This document shows, piece after piece, positions 27,884 through 36,236 of a DNA stretch of 36,236 nt (position 1 is its first letter; every line of letters begins with the position of its first letter). The stretch spans positions 1-36,236 of the forward strand of contig DATIOH010000166.1 in the NCBI GenBank assembly GCA_035473375.1, in the 5' to 3' direction. This DNA is from Nocardioidaceae bacterium. Lineage in GTDB: Bacteria; Actinomycetota; Actinomycetes; Propionibacteriales; Nocardioidaceae. The notes below the pieces were generated by a model. That model searched no databases and had not been told where the DNA came from. It saw only the letters and a program-made list of their open reading frames with translations. The translations under genes were made by a program, and so were the position numbers.

Positions 27884-28858
27884 ATGGATTGGGCTACGGT
27901 CAGCCTCGAGCCACTCGAGGGCGGCTTCAGCGGCGAGACGTTCGTCGCCCACACCGTCGACGGAGACGTCGTCGTCCGGACGTATGCCCGCGATCCAGAG
28001 CGCGCCGGCGTCGACGCGTCCCTGCTGCGGCTCGTCCGCGGTTTGCTCCCGGTCCCGGCGGTTCTCGAGGTGCGGCTCCCCGTCGACGGTCAGCCGGGTG
28101 TGCTCGTCACCGAGCGGCTTGCGGGCGTGCCGCTCGACCGGCTGGCCGACGACCGCGCCGGCGATGTCGACTGGTCCACGCTCGGTACTGCGCTCGGGAG
28201 GGCACTCCGGACGCTCGCCGGCATCCCGTTCCTGCACTCGGGCGTGTTCGCAGGCCCTGACCTTGCGGCGGTCTCCGGCTCGCTACCCGACGATCTGGCG
28301 GACTGGGCGCGCACCGTTCGCGCGACCGGGCGGCTGTCGATCTGGTCTGACGCTGACTGGGCAGGACTTGAGGTCGTCGTCGATCAGGCAGCGGCGGCAA
28401 TAGCGGAGGGCCCGGCGCGAGCCGTGCTGGTGCACTCCGATTTCAACGTGAAGAACCTGCTCGGCGACCCGGTCTCCTGGCAGCTGACCGGAGTCGTCGA
28501 CTGGGAATTCGCCCATGCCGGCTCGCCGGACGCCGATCTGGGGAATGTGACCCGGTTCGAGCGCGATCCCGCCTTCGTGGCTGCGCTTGTCGGGGCATTC
28601 GACGAGGACGTGCCCGCAGCAGGCGGCAACCGCATGCTGCGTGGCCGCGCGGCCGATCTCTGGGCGCTGATAGAGCTGGCGGGCCGGCCCCAGGCGAACA
28701 CCGTTTCCATGCTCGCGGAGCGGTTGCTGCTCGCCCAGGCACGGGAGCGTGATCTGAGCGCGTGGCCGTTCGACGGGACGCGCGTCTCCGTCCGGGGCGC
28801 TCGACAGGCCTCCGCGAAGGCTCGCATTGGCTCTGAGCGGGGAAAACCCCTATTCTGA
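27884..28858 (+). CDS. phosphotransferase enzyme family protein (APH/choline-kinase-like fold)
   Basis: LVHSDFNVKNLL is a Brenner-type catalytic loop and VVDWEFAHAGSPDADLGNV is the DxD-containing activation segment. The N-terminus is EPLEGGFSGETF. Confidence 0.8.
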   Translation: MDWATVSLEPLEGGFSGETFVAHTVDGDVVVRTYARDPERAGVDASLLRLVRGLLPVPAVLEVRLPVDGQPGVLVTERLAGVPLDRLADDRAGDVDWSTLGTALGRALRTLAGIPFLHSGVFAGPDLAAVSGSLPDDLADWARTVRATGRLSIWSDADWAGLEVVVDQAAAAIAEGPARAVLVHSDFNVKNLLGDPVSWQLTGVVDWEFAHAGSPDADLGNVTRFERDPAFVAALVGAFDEDVPAAGGNRMLRGRAADLWALIELAGRPQANTVSMLAERLLLAQARERDLSAWPFDGTRVSVRGARQASAKARIGSERGKPLF

Positions 28859-29055
28859 GAGGTGCGCTGTAGGCCTGCACGCCCTCATACGGAGCAGGCG
28901 CGTGCTCGTAACTCTCTTAATCCACGTCACAGAGACAAGTGACTGGCCCGCTCGGACACACATATTCAGCCCGGGCGCTCGGTGGGGAACTGCGATCCAA
29001 GGGTCTTCTGCGCGCCCGCACGACTAACTATCCACCCGACGGAGTTCCATCCCTT

Positions 29056-30546
29056 ATGACGAGCAGCATCGAAGCCCCTCCCGCCGCGCAGGAGACCCCC
29101 CAGGTAGCGGTCAACGACATCGGATCGGCGGAGGACTTCCTCGCCGCGATCGATCAGACCATCAAGTACTTCAACGATGGCGACATCGTCGACGGCACCA
29201 TCGTGAAGGTCGACCGTGACGAGGTACTGCTCGACATCGGTTACAAGACCGAGGGCGTCATCCCGTCGCGCGAGCTGTCCATCAAGCATGATGTCGATCC
29301 CGCTGACGTCGTCAGCGTCGGCGACAAGGTCGAGGCTCTCGTCCTCCAGAAGGAAGACAAAGAGGGCCGGCTGATCCTCTCCAAGAAGCGCGCGCAATAC
29401 GAGCGTGCGTGGGGGACGATCGAGAAGATCAAGGAAGAGGACGGCGTCGTCACCGGTCAGGTCATCGAGGTCGTGAAGGGCGGGCTCATCCTCGACATCG
29501 GGCTGCGCGGCTTCCTGCCGGCGTCGCTCGTCGAGATGCGGCGGGTCCGCGACCTGCAGCCGTACGTCGGCCGCGAGCTTGAGGCGAAGATCATCGAGCT
29601 CGACAAGAACCGCAACAACGTCGTGCTGTCGCGCCGCGCGTGGCTCGAGCAGACGCAGTCCGAGGTTCGGCAGAACTTCCTCACCCAGCTGCAGAAGGGC
29701 CAGGTCCGGCCCGGTGTCGTGTCGTCGATCGTCAACTTCGGCGCGTTCGTCGATCTGGGCGGAGTCGACGGGCTCGTGCACGTGTCCGAGCTGTCGTGGA
29801 AGCACATCGACCACCCGAGCGAGGTCGTCGAGGTCGGCCAAGAGGTCACCGTCGAGGTGCTCGACGTCGACATGGACCGCGAGCGTGTGTCGCTGTCGCT
29901 GAAGGCGACCCAGGAAGACCCGTGGCAGCAGTTCGCTCGCACGCACCAGATGGGTCAGATCGTGCCGGGCAAGGTCACGAAGCTCGTCCCCTTCGGCGCA
30001 TTCGTTCGGGTCGACGAGGGTATCGAGGGGCTCGTGCACATCTCCGAGTTGGCCGAGCGCCACGTCGAGATCCCTGAGCAGGTCGTCCAGGTCGGCGACG
30101 ACGTGATGGTGAAGATCATCGACATCGACCTCGAGCGGCGCCGGATCTCACTGTCGCTGAAGCAGGCGAACGAGGGCGTCGACCACACCTCCGACGAGTT
30201 CGACCCGACTCTGTATGGCATGGCGGCGTCTTACGACGACCAGGGCAACTACCAGTACCCCGAGGGATTCGACCCAGAGACGGGGGAGTGGCTCGAAGGC
30301 TTCGACGACCAGAAGGCCGCTTGGGAGCAGCAGTACGCCGAGGCTCACGCGCGCTGGGAGGCGCACAAGCAGCAGGTCGAGGACGCCGCGAAGGCCGACG
30401 TCGAGGCCGGCGAGGCGTCGAGCTACTCGTCTGACGGCGCCGAGACCGTCGAGGCCGGCGCACCCGAAGCCGCGACCGACGGATCGCTCGCGTCTGACGA
30501 GGCTCTTCAGGCGCTGCGCGAGAAGCTCACCGGCGGAGCCCAGTAA
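29056..30546 (+). CDS. rpsA: 30S ribosomal protein S1
   Basis: An internal ATG at 29056 gives MTSSIEAPPAAQETPQVAVNDIGSAEDFLAAIDQTIKYFNDGDIVDGTIVKVDRDEVLLDIGYKTEGVIPSRELS. Four S1 repeats follow (GFLPASLV, GLVHVSELSW, GLVHISELAE). Confidence 0.95.
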   Translation: MTSSIEAPPAAQETPQVAVNDIGSAEDFLAAIDQTIKYFNDGDIVDGTIVKVDRDEVLLDIGYKTEGVIPSRELSIKHDVDPADVVSVGDKVEALVLQKEDKEGRLILSKKRAQYERAWGTIEKIKEEDGVVTGQVIEVVKGGLILDIGLRGFLPASLVEMRRVRDLQPYVGRELEAKIIELDKNRNNVVLSRRAWLEQTQSEVRQNFLTQLQKGQVRPGVVSSIVNFGAFVDLGGVDGLVHVSELSWKHIDHPSEVVEVGQEVTVEVLDVDMDRERVSLSLKATQEDPWQQFARTHQMGQIVPGKVTKLVPFGAFVRVDEGIEGLVHISELAERHVEIPEQVVQVGDDVMVKIIDIDLERRRISLSLKQANEGVDHTSDEFDPTLYGMAASYDDQGNYQYPEGFDPETGEWLEGFDDQKAAWEQQYAEAHARWEAHKQQVEDAAKADVEAGEASSYSSDGAETVEAGAPEAATDGSLASDEALQALREKLTGGAQ

Positions 30547-30559
30547 GGGTTCCGTGAAC

Positions 30560-30579
30560 CTGTCGGCCTAAGCCGACAG
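30560..30579 (+). other. small perfect hairpin just after rpsA
   Basis: The sequence ctgtcggc-ctaa-gccgacag forms an 8-bp stem with a 4-nt loop, 14 nt after the rpsA stop. Confidence 0.5.
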
Positions 30580-30592
30580 CCAGAGCAACAGC

Positions 30593-30628
30593 AGAACGGG
30601 CCCTCCCCGTGAAGGGAGGGCCCGTTCT
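30593..30628. terminator. strong GC-rich hairpin terminator between convergent rpsA and the small membrane-protein gene
   Basis: The sequence agaacgggccctccc-cgtgaa-gggagggcccgttct forms a 15-bp perfect stem with a 6-nt loop. It has no long T tract, which is common in actinobacteria. Confidence 0.65.
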
Positions 30629-30674
30629 GACGTTTCGGGGAGCTGAGTGATTCCCGAGTGACTCGTGAAGTGAC

Positions 30675-30860
30675 TCAGTGGTGGGGTTTCGCGATGTACG
30701 GAAGGCTGGGGAGGTCGGGCGACGGCGACCAATCACGCGGAAGGCCCGACGAGGCGCGGAAGGTGTATCCGTCGGAGCGGACCATCCGGGCCAGGCGCAC
30801 GAGATACCACGCGGCGACGGCCATAGCGGCGATGACGGCGACTGCTGCGAGCGTGTTCAT
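30675..30860 (-). CDS. small (61 aa) single-pass membrane protein, hypothetical
   Basis: An internal ATG at 30860 gives MNTLAAVAVIAAMAVAAWYLVRLARMVRSDGYTFRASSGLPRDWSPSPDLPSLPYIAKPHH. It has one clear TM helix and G/C-rich third positions. The ORF part upstream of this ATG overlaps the GlxA gene start. Confidence 0.45.
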   Translation of the reverse strand: MNTLAAVAVIAAMAVAAWYLVRLARMVRSDGYTFRASSGLPRDWSPSPDLPSLPYIAKPHH

Positions 30861-30887
30861 GACAACAATTGTGCACCCAACCAGCCG

Positions 30888-30944
30888 TGCCAGCAATGGC
30901 AGAAGTGCCGCCATACCTCGATTTCCTGCCAATCCTGTGGCAGG
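30888..30944. promoter_or_regulatory. two inverted repeats with identical TGCCA/TGGCA half-sites in a divergent promoter region (candidate operator)
   Basis: The first repeat is tgcca-gcaa-tggca at 30888-30901. The second is cctgcca-atcctg-tggcagg at 30925-30944, which ends 9 nt before the GlxA-type regulator ATG. An 8-bp palindrome acaattgt also lies at 30865-30872. Confidence 0.4.
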
Positions 30945-30952
30945 CTGGCCGG

Positions 30953-31924
30953 ATGCTGAAGAACGTCGCCGTGCTGGTCTACGACGGAGTCGCGCCATTC
31001 GAGCTCGGGGTTCTCTGCGAGGCGTGGGGCGTCGACCGCGAAGACCAGGGCATTCAGAACTTCGACTTCTCCGTCTGCGGGCCGCGGCGCGGCCGCGTGT
31101 CGACCACGCTGACGGGCTTCTCCCTCGACGTCAGCGAAGGCCTCGACCGCCTCGACGCCGCCGACCTCATTTGCGTCCCCGCCATGCCTCGCGACCGCGA
31201 CGTGCCGAGCGAGGTGATCGCGGCGCTCCAGGCCGCGCACGAGCGCGGGGCTCGGTTGCTGTCGGTCTGCACGGGCGCATTCGTGCTCGGGGCCGCAGGT
31301 CTCCTCGACGGCCGCCGCTGCACCACGCACTGGCGGTACGTCGACGAGCTCGAGGCGCGCTTTCCGCTCGCCGACGTCGACTGCGATGTCCTGTACGTCG
31401 ACGACGGATCGATCGTTACCTCGGCCGGCTCTGCCGCCGGCCTCGACGCCTGCCTGCACGTGATGCGCCAAGAGTTCGGCGCCGGCATGGCGGCGACGGT
31501 TGCCCGTCGGATGGTGGTCGCGCCGCATCGCGACGGCGGTCAGGCGCAGTTCATCCAGAGTCCCGTCCCCGAGACGACGGCCGACACGCTGCAGCCCCTG
31601 ATCGAGTGGATGTCGGCCAACCTGAACGAGGAGATCACCGTCGAGACCCTCGCCGGCAAGGCGATGATGGCCCCGCGCACGTTCGCTCGCCGCTTCAAGG
31701 CCGAGACGGGCACGACGCCGTACCACTGGATCACCAACCAGCGGGTGATTTTGGCTGAGCGGATGCTCGAGGAGTCCGACGAGACGATCGAGCGGATCGC
31801 CGTCCAGGTGGGCTTCAGCAATGCCACCGCGTTCCGTCATCACTTCGCCAGGCTTCGCGGTACGAGCCCGCAGCGGTATCGACGGCTCTTCCGCGCACCT
31901 GTCGTCAGCGGTACGCCGAGCTGA
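30953..31924 (+). CDS. GlxA-family transcriptional regulator (DJ-1/PfpI domain + AraC-type HTH)
   Basis: The start [26 protein letters not shown] gives a DJ-1/PfpI-like domain with [24 protein letters not shown]. The C-terminal AraC HTH reads [34 protein letters not shown]...[25 protein letters not shown]. Confidence 0.88.
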   Translation: MLKNVAVLVYDGVAPFELGVLCEAWGVDREDQGIQNFDFSVCGPRRGRVSTTLTGFSLDVSEGLDRLDAADLICVPAMPRDRDVPSEVIAALQAAHERGARLLSVCTGAFVLGAAGLLDGRRCTTHWRYVDELEARFPLADVDCDVLYVDDGSIVTSAGSAAGLDACLHVMRQEFGAGMAATVARRMVVAPHRDGGQAQFIQSPVPETTADTLQPLIEWMSANLNEEITVETLAGKAMMAPRTFARRFKAETGTTPYHWITNQRVILAERMLEESDETIERIAVQVGFSNATAFRHHFARLRGTSPQRYRRLFRAPVVSGTPS

Positions 31925-31928
31925 GCCG

Positions 31929-32570
31929 ATGAGCGTGGCTGACGACGAGTCAGAAGGCGGCCCCGTGACCGTCCGGGTGGGTCTGACCGGCGGAATCGGG
32001 GCGGGCAAGTCGACGGTCAGCGCAATGCTCGCCGAGAAGGGCGCCGTCGTGATCGACTCCGACGTGCTCGCGCGCGAGGTCGTCGCGCCGGGCAGTCCCG
32101 GGCTTGCCGCCGTGGTCGATGCGTTCGGAACCGATGTGCTCACGCCCGATGGCGAGCTCGATCGCCTGGCACTCGGGCGTGTCGTCTTCGCCGATCCGGA
32201 CGCGCGTCGGCGGCTCGAGGCGATTACTCATCCCCTGGTGCGCGCGCGAGCGCGTGACATCGAGGCAGGCACGTGTGCGGGGACCGTGGTCGTGCACGAC
32301 ATCCCGCTGCTGGTCGAGACCGGACAGCAGGACAAGTTCGATGCCGTGGTCGTTGTCGAGGCCGCCGTCGAGGCGCAGTTGCAGAGGCTTCGGCAGACGC
32401 GCGGAATGGCTGCCGAAGACGCCCGTGCCCGAATCGCAGCGCAGGCCACGTCTGAGCAGAGAAGAGCCGCCGCCGACTACGTGATAGTCAACGACGGCTC
32501 TCTCGACGATCTGCGTCGACGAGTCGACGAGGTCTGGTCTGCCCTCACCGCAGCTGCGTCCGCTCGCTGA
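31929..32570 (+). CDS. coaE: dephospho-CoA kinase
   Basis: The P-loop is [18 protein letters not shown], followed by ITHPLVR and LLVE. The position after rpsA matches conserved actinobacterial synteny. An ATG at 31929 was chosen, and an internal GTG is possible. Confidence 0.88.
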   Translation: MSVADDESEGGPVTVRVGLTGGIGAGKSTVSAMLAEKGAVVIDSDVLAREVVAPGSPGLAAVVDAFGTDVLTPDGELDRLALGRVVFADPDARRRLEAITHPLVRARARDIEAGTCAGTVVVHDIPLLVETGQQDKFDAVVVVEAAVEAQLQRLRQTRGMAAEDARARIAAQATSEQRRAAADYVIVNDGSLDDLRRRVDEVWSALTAAASAR

Positions 32571-32587
32571 AGCTGGGCAGCCGCCGG

Positions 32588-33550
32588 TCAGGCCGCGAGA
32601 TCGGGGTCGGCGAGTTTGCGCAGCTGCGCAAGAGCCTCCCGCTCGAGCTGGCGGACCCGCTCGGCCGAGACGCCGTGGCGTTGCCCGATGTCAGCCAGCT
32701 TCTCCTGGCGACCGTCGACGAGTCCGTATCGCGATCGAATGACGTCGGCCGAGCGGGCGTCGAGCAGCTCGACGAGATCGTCGAGACGGCGGCGCGACTC
32801 GACGTCGAGGAATGCCGAGTCGGGCCCGGGCATCGTCTCCCTGGCGACCAGGTCGCCGAGGGACGTGTCGCCCTCGTCGTCGACGGGCGTGTCGAGGCTC
32901 ACGTGATCGCGACCCCAGCCGAGCAGGTCGAGAACCCGCTCGACGGTGATGCCGAGCTCGATCGCAATCTCGTCCGGCTCGGGCTCACGGCCCAGATTGC
33001 GCTCGAGGGTGCGTCGCGCCGACCCGATCTGGTTGAGCTCCTCGACAACATGGACGGGCAGCCGCACGACGCGAGCCTGCTGAGCGATGCCTCGCGTGAT
33101 CGCCTGGCGGACCCACCACGTCGCATACGTCGAGAACTTGTAGCCCTTGGCGTAGTCGAACTTCTCGACCGCCCGGATCAGACCGGTGTTGCCCTCCTGG
33201 ACCAGGTCGAGCATCGGCATCGCCGAGCGGCCGTACTTGCGCGCGATCGACACGACCAGGCGCAGATTGGCCTTGATGAATTGCTGGACCGCGGACTGGC
33301 CGTCGGCGGCCAGCCACTCGAGCTCATCGCGGGTTGCCCGCATCGGCGCACCGCCCTTGGCACGGGCGATCCGTCCGGTCGCGAGCAGATGCTCGGCCAG
33401 CAGCCCAGCCTCGATCGCCTTCGACAGCTCGACCTCGGTCGCGGCGTCGAGCAGCGGCGTCCGGGCAATCTCGTCCAGATACAGCCCGACGCTGTCGCGA
33501 CCCTCGATCGAGCCGTCGCGCGTGTCGACAGTTGAGCGGCGTGTAGCCAC
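32588..33550 (-). CDS. RNA polymerase sigma-70 family factor, group 2 (SigB-like)
   Basis: The GTG start at 33550 has GGGAGGAG 7 nt upstream. Region 2 reads LDLVQEGNTGLIRAVEKFDYAKGYKFSTYATWWVRQAITR, region 3 RLPVHVVEELN and region 4 LADIGQRHGVSAERVRQLEREALAQLR. Confidence 0.9.
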   Translation of the reverse strand: MATRRSTVDTRDGSIEGRDSVGLYLDEIARTPLLDAATEVELSKAIEAGLLAEHLLATGRIARAKGGAPMRATRDELEWLAADGQSAVQQFIKANLRLVVSIARKYGRSAMPMLDLVQEGNTGLIRAVEKFDYAKGYKFSTYATWWVRQAITRGIAQQARVVRLPVHVVEELNQIGSARRTLERNLGREPEPDEIAIELGITVERVLDLLGWGRDHVSLDTPVDDEGDTSLGDLVARETMPGPDSAFLDVESRRRLDDLVELLDARSADVIRSRYGLVDGRQEKLADIGQRHGVSAERVRQLEREALAQLRKLADPDLAA

Positions 33551-33710
33551 GGAGGCTCCTCCCTGTGCCGGCCTCGTGGGTGCTTTATAGCTCTGCCGGC
33601 GTTGTACCCAGCACAACGAAAGTGATGAACGAGAGATTCCGCCGTCAGGATGTCAAAACGGCCTCTCGAGCCTGTGTGCTACTTGTGAGTACGCCTCCGC
33701 TGGGGCATTC

Positions 33711-33754
33711 GGTTGCGCATCTCAGCGCCTTCTTAACGGGCGGAGAGTGCAACC
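33711..33754 (-). terminator. imperfect extended hairpin downstream of ptrB (possible terminator)
   Basis: The plus-strand sequence is ggttgcgcatctcagcgcc-ttcttaac-gggcggagagtgcaacc. The outer GGTTGC/GCAACC and inner GCGCC/GGCGG segments pair, with internal mismatches. It lies 8 nt after the ptrB stop. Confidence 0.4.
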
Positions 33755-33761
33755 GGTTCAA

Positions 33762-35951
33762 TCATCCGTTTTGAGACGGTTTCGAGACCGCCGTCCGGGC
33801 GGCGCCGGAGACGTCGATGATCCATGAGTAGAAGTCGGCGGTCTGCCGCCACGCGTCGTACCGACCGCTCGCGCCGCCGTGGCCGGCCGACATCTCGCAC
33901 TTGAACAGGATGTGGCGGCTGTCGGCGAGCGTCGCGCGCAGCTTGGCCACCCATTTGGCCGGCTCTACGTAGTAGACCCGGGTGTCGTTGATATTGGTGA
34001 TTGCGTAGATCGCTGGATATGCGCAATCACGGATGTTCTCGTAGGGCGTGTACGACTTCATGTAGGCGTAGACGTCGGCATGATGCAGGGGGTCGCCCCA
34101 CTCGTCCCACTCGATCTCGGACAGCGGCAGCGACGGATCGAGGATGGTCGTCAGCGCGTCGACGAAGGGCACCTGGGCGACGATGCCGGCGAACAGCTCG
34201 GGGGCGTCATTCACGACGGCGCCCATCAGCAGCCCACCGGCACTGCCTCCGAGGCCCACGAGGTGGGAGGGGCTGGTCCAGCCCGACGCGATGAGGTGGC
34301 GCGCGACGTCGAGGTAGTCGGAGAACGTGTTCTTCTTGTGCAGCATCTTGCCGTTGTCGTACCAGTGCCGCCCCATCTCGCCGCCGCCGCGGATGTGCGC
34401 ATGGGCGTAGACCACTCCGCGATCGAGCAGCGAGAGCCGGGCGATGCTGACGTAAGGGTCGTAGCTGATCTCGTAGGCGCCGTAGCCGTAGAGCAGCGTC
34501 GGAGAGTCCGACCGCGGCGCGACCGACCGGTGGTGAACGATCGAAACCGGAATCCGCGAGCCGTCAGCGGCCTCGACCCACTCGCGCGTCTGCACGTAGT
34601 CGGCAGGGTCGTAGCCCCCGAGGATCGGCTGCTGCTTGCGCACGTGGCGCTCGTCGGTGGCCGGGTCGTAGTCGATGACGGTCGACGGCGTCACCCACGA
34701 CGAGTAGGTCAGGCGAACGAAGGGCTCGCGCCAGTCGGAGAAGCCGACGGAATGCGCGTCGAACATCGGCTCGTCGAACGCGATGTTGGATCCGTGCCCG
34801 AGACCGTCAGGTCCAAGCCGGAAGATCCGCACCTGCGGCAGCCCAGCCTCACGGACGTCGACCGCAACGGCACGCTCGGAAGCCGACACGTTGCTGACGC
34901 GCACGGCGTCGCTCGGCTCGATCACCGGCTCGAGATCGTCGAGCGACGACAGGGTGGTCGCCCCAATGCCCAGTGCGAAGTTCTCGGCGCCCTTGTTGTG
35001 GACGACCAGGAACCGGTCGGCGCCGGCGACGACCGCGTGCTCGACCTCGTAGTCGACGCCGTTCTCTCGCGGCACCAGAAGGCGGAACTCGCCGGTCGGA
35101 TCGCCAGCGTCGAGAACCCGCACCTCTGCGGTGATCTTCGAGTGGATGTCGAGGAGCAGATAGCGATCGGACGTCGTGCGGCTCACGCCCGACCAGAACC
35201 GCCCGTCGGGCTCGTGCCAGACCAGCACGTCGGCCGATGTCGGCGTGCCGAGCTCGTGGCGGTGGACCTTGTCTGGCCGCCAGGTGTCGTCGTAGGTGGA
35301 GTAGAAGAGGTACTTGCCGTCCGCGGACCACACCACCGACGGATAGGTGTTCTCGACGGAGTCGTCGAGCAGTGCGCCGGTGCGAAGGTCTTTGACGGCG
35401 ATCGTGTACCGCTCGTCGCCCGCGACGTCGATCGAGTAGGCAAGCATCGATCCGTCGAGCGACACGTCGCTGCCGCCGAAGGAGAAGAAGTCGTGCCCCT
35501 CGGCCAGGGCATTGCCGTCGAGCATGATCTGCTCGCCTTCGACCGGCTGGCCGGGCTCGAGGCGAGGGGGAGTCCAGTCGTCGGCCTGCGCGATCGGCGT
35601 TCGGCAGACGAGCGGGTACTGGTGGCCTTCTTCGGTCCGGCTGTAGTACCAGTAGTCGCCGCTGCGTCGCGGTACCGAGAGATCCGTCTCTAGCGTGCGC
35701 GCCTTGATCTCGGAGAAGACGTCGTCGCGAAGGCCTTCGAGGTGGGCCGTGCGGGCCTTGGTGAAGTCATTCTCGGCTTCGAGGTAAGCGACGGTGTCAG
35801 CCCCGTCCTTGTCGCGAAGCCACTCGTAGTCGTCGATGAACACGTCGCCGTGGTGGACGCGTTCGACGGGGCGCCGGTCGGCGATCGGCGGTGAGCTGAC
35901 GTCGATGTCCTGGTCGAGTTTCCTGTCGGATTGGCGGTCGAGATCGGTCAC
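33762..35951 (-). CDS. ptrB: oligopeptidase B (S9A prolyl oligopeptidase family serine protease)
   Basis: The 729-aa product has the N-terminus HGDVFIDDYEWLRDKD...VAYLEAENDFT and a beta-propeller region. The catalytic Ser lies in GGSAGGLLMGAV, and the C-terminus has AGHGG. Confidence 0.9.
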   Translation of the reverse strand: MTDLDRQSDRKLDQDIDVSSPPIADRRPVERVHHGDVFIDDYEWLRDKDGADTVAYLEAENDFTKARTAHLEGLRDDVFSEIKARTLETDLSVPRRSGDYWYYSRTEEGHQYPLVCRTPIAQADDWTPPRLEPGQPVEGEQIMLDGNALAEGHDFFSFGGSDVSLDGSMLAYSIDVAGDERYTIAVKDLRTGALLDDSVENTYPSVVWSADGKYLFYSTYDDTWRPDKVHRHELGTPTSADVLVWHEPDGRFWSGVSRTTSDRYLLLDIHSKITAEVRVLDAGDPTGEFRLLVPRENGVDYEVEHAVVAGADRFLVVHNKGAENFALGIGATTLSSLDDLEPVIEPSDAVRVSNVSASERAVAVDVREAGLPQVRIFRLGPDGLGHGSNIAFDEPMFDAHSVGFSDWREPFVRLTYSSWVTPSTVIDYDPATDERHVRKQQPILGGYDPADYVQTREWVEAADGSRIPVSIVHHRSVAPRSDSPTLLYGYGAYEISYDPYVSIARLSLLDRGVVYAHAHIRGGGEMGRHWYDNGKMLHKKNTFSDYLDVARHLIASGWTSPSHLVGLGGSAGGLLMGAVVNDAPELFAGIVAQVPFVDALTTILDPSLPLSEIEWDEWGDPLHHADVYAYMKSYTPYENIRDCAYPAIYAITNINDTRVYYVEPAKWVAKLRATLADSRHILFKCEMSAGHGGASGRYDAWRQTADFYSWIIDVSGAARTAVSKPSQNG

Positions 35952-36236
35952 TACGCGACTGTATCCGCTGGCGCCGGAGTCGCGTCCGGCGAACCGGCTC
36001 GCCCGAGGTTGCGCACCGAGCCCGACAGCAGCGTCGCCAAGGCGATGGCGACGTAGGCGACGGCCGAGACGACGAGGACGTCGCTCGCATCGAAGACAGC
36101 CGCAAGCGGTCCGTAGGCGAGTTGTCCGAGCGGGATCGCGATGAACGACCCCAGAGCGTCGTACGACGACACCCGTGCCAGCAGCTCGTTCGGGACATGC
36201 TCGTGGTACGCCGTCGCCCAGCCGATCGTGAAGATC
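35951..36236 (-). CDS. MFS-type transporter, C-terminal fragment (5' end lies outside the window)
   Basis: The minus frame reads IFTIGWATAYHEHVPNELLARVSSYDALGSFIAIPLGQLAYGPLAAVFDASDVLVVSAVAYVAIALATLL.... This is hydrophobic and resembles the last helices of an MFS transporter. Its TAG stop shares one nt with the ptrB GTG (TAGTG). Confidence 0.55.
   Translation of the reverse strand, partial: IFTIGWATAYHEHVPNELLARVSSYDALGSFIAIPLGQLAYGPLAAVFDASDVLVVSAVAYVAIALATLLSGSVRNLGRAGSPDATPAPADTVA

Noticed and set aside
27884-28858. The APH-like kinase as an aminoglycoside-resistance determinant.
   Set aside because: The fold signature (HSDFNxKN, DWE) is shared by many small-molecule kinases. No resistance-specific context or substrate-defining motifs can be recognised from sequence alone.
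28986-29048. A long-range pairing GGAACT (28986-28991) with AGTTCC (29043-29048) next to the rpsA Shine-Dalgarno, as a possible S1 autoregulatory structure.
   Set aside because: It is only 6 bp across a span of about 50 nt in GC-rich sequence. It is not statistically meaningful without covariation evidence.
33651-33656. A TTGACA hexamer (minus strand) about 100 nt upstream of the SigB-like sigma gene, as a -35 element.
   Set aside because: No TAnnnT -10 element lies at 16-19 nt spacing. The nearby TATAAA (minus strand, about 33578-33583) lacks a matching -35, so no promoter is called.

Overview
This is a visibly high-GC segment (codon third positions are almost all G/C) from an Actinomycetota chromosome. 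Most of it is conserved housekeeping synteny: trpB (3' end)-trpA, an SCO-type copper lipoprotein, lgt, a VIT-family transporter, gltB-gltD, pyk, tRNA-Leu(CAA), the ANTAR response regulator pdtaR, a branched-chain amino-acid ABC system (binding protein on + converging on livHMGF on -), a GNAT, a PaaI thioesterase and polA. An accessory block follows: Sir2 deacylase, membrane-anchored sigma-like protein, F420-dependent G6P dehydrogenase, flavin reductase, homocysteine S-methyltransferase plus a small coupled ORF, and an APH-like kinase. The window ends with rpsA, a small membrane protein, a GlxA/AraC regulator, coaE, a group-2 (SigB-like) sigma factor, oligopeptidase B and the 3' end of an MFS transporter. 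I found no CRISPR array, integrase, transposase, toxin-antitoxin pair or recognisable defence system, and I cannot honestly claim a clearly novel multi-gene system. Five observations merit a second look. (1) Four tandem 23-nt copies of the trpB-stop/trpA-start junction create a relay of three 8-codon micro-ORFs, each joined by an ATGA overlap. (2) A degenerate ECF-sigma domain is fused to a TM helix and an extracytoplasmic domain with a PASTA-like end, just upstream of a Sir2 gene. (3) A decayed HTH/LAGLIDADG-type gene lies next to tRNA-Leu. (4) LivH carries a secreted N-terminal domain. (5) Twin TGCCA/TGGCA inverted repeats sit in the GlxA divergent promoter. All family assignments come from reading the translated ORFs, not from database searches.
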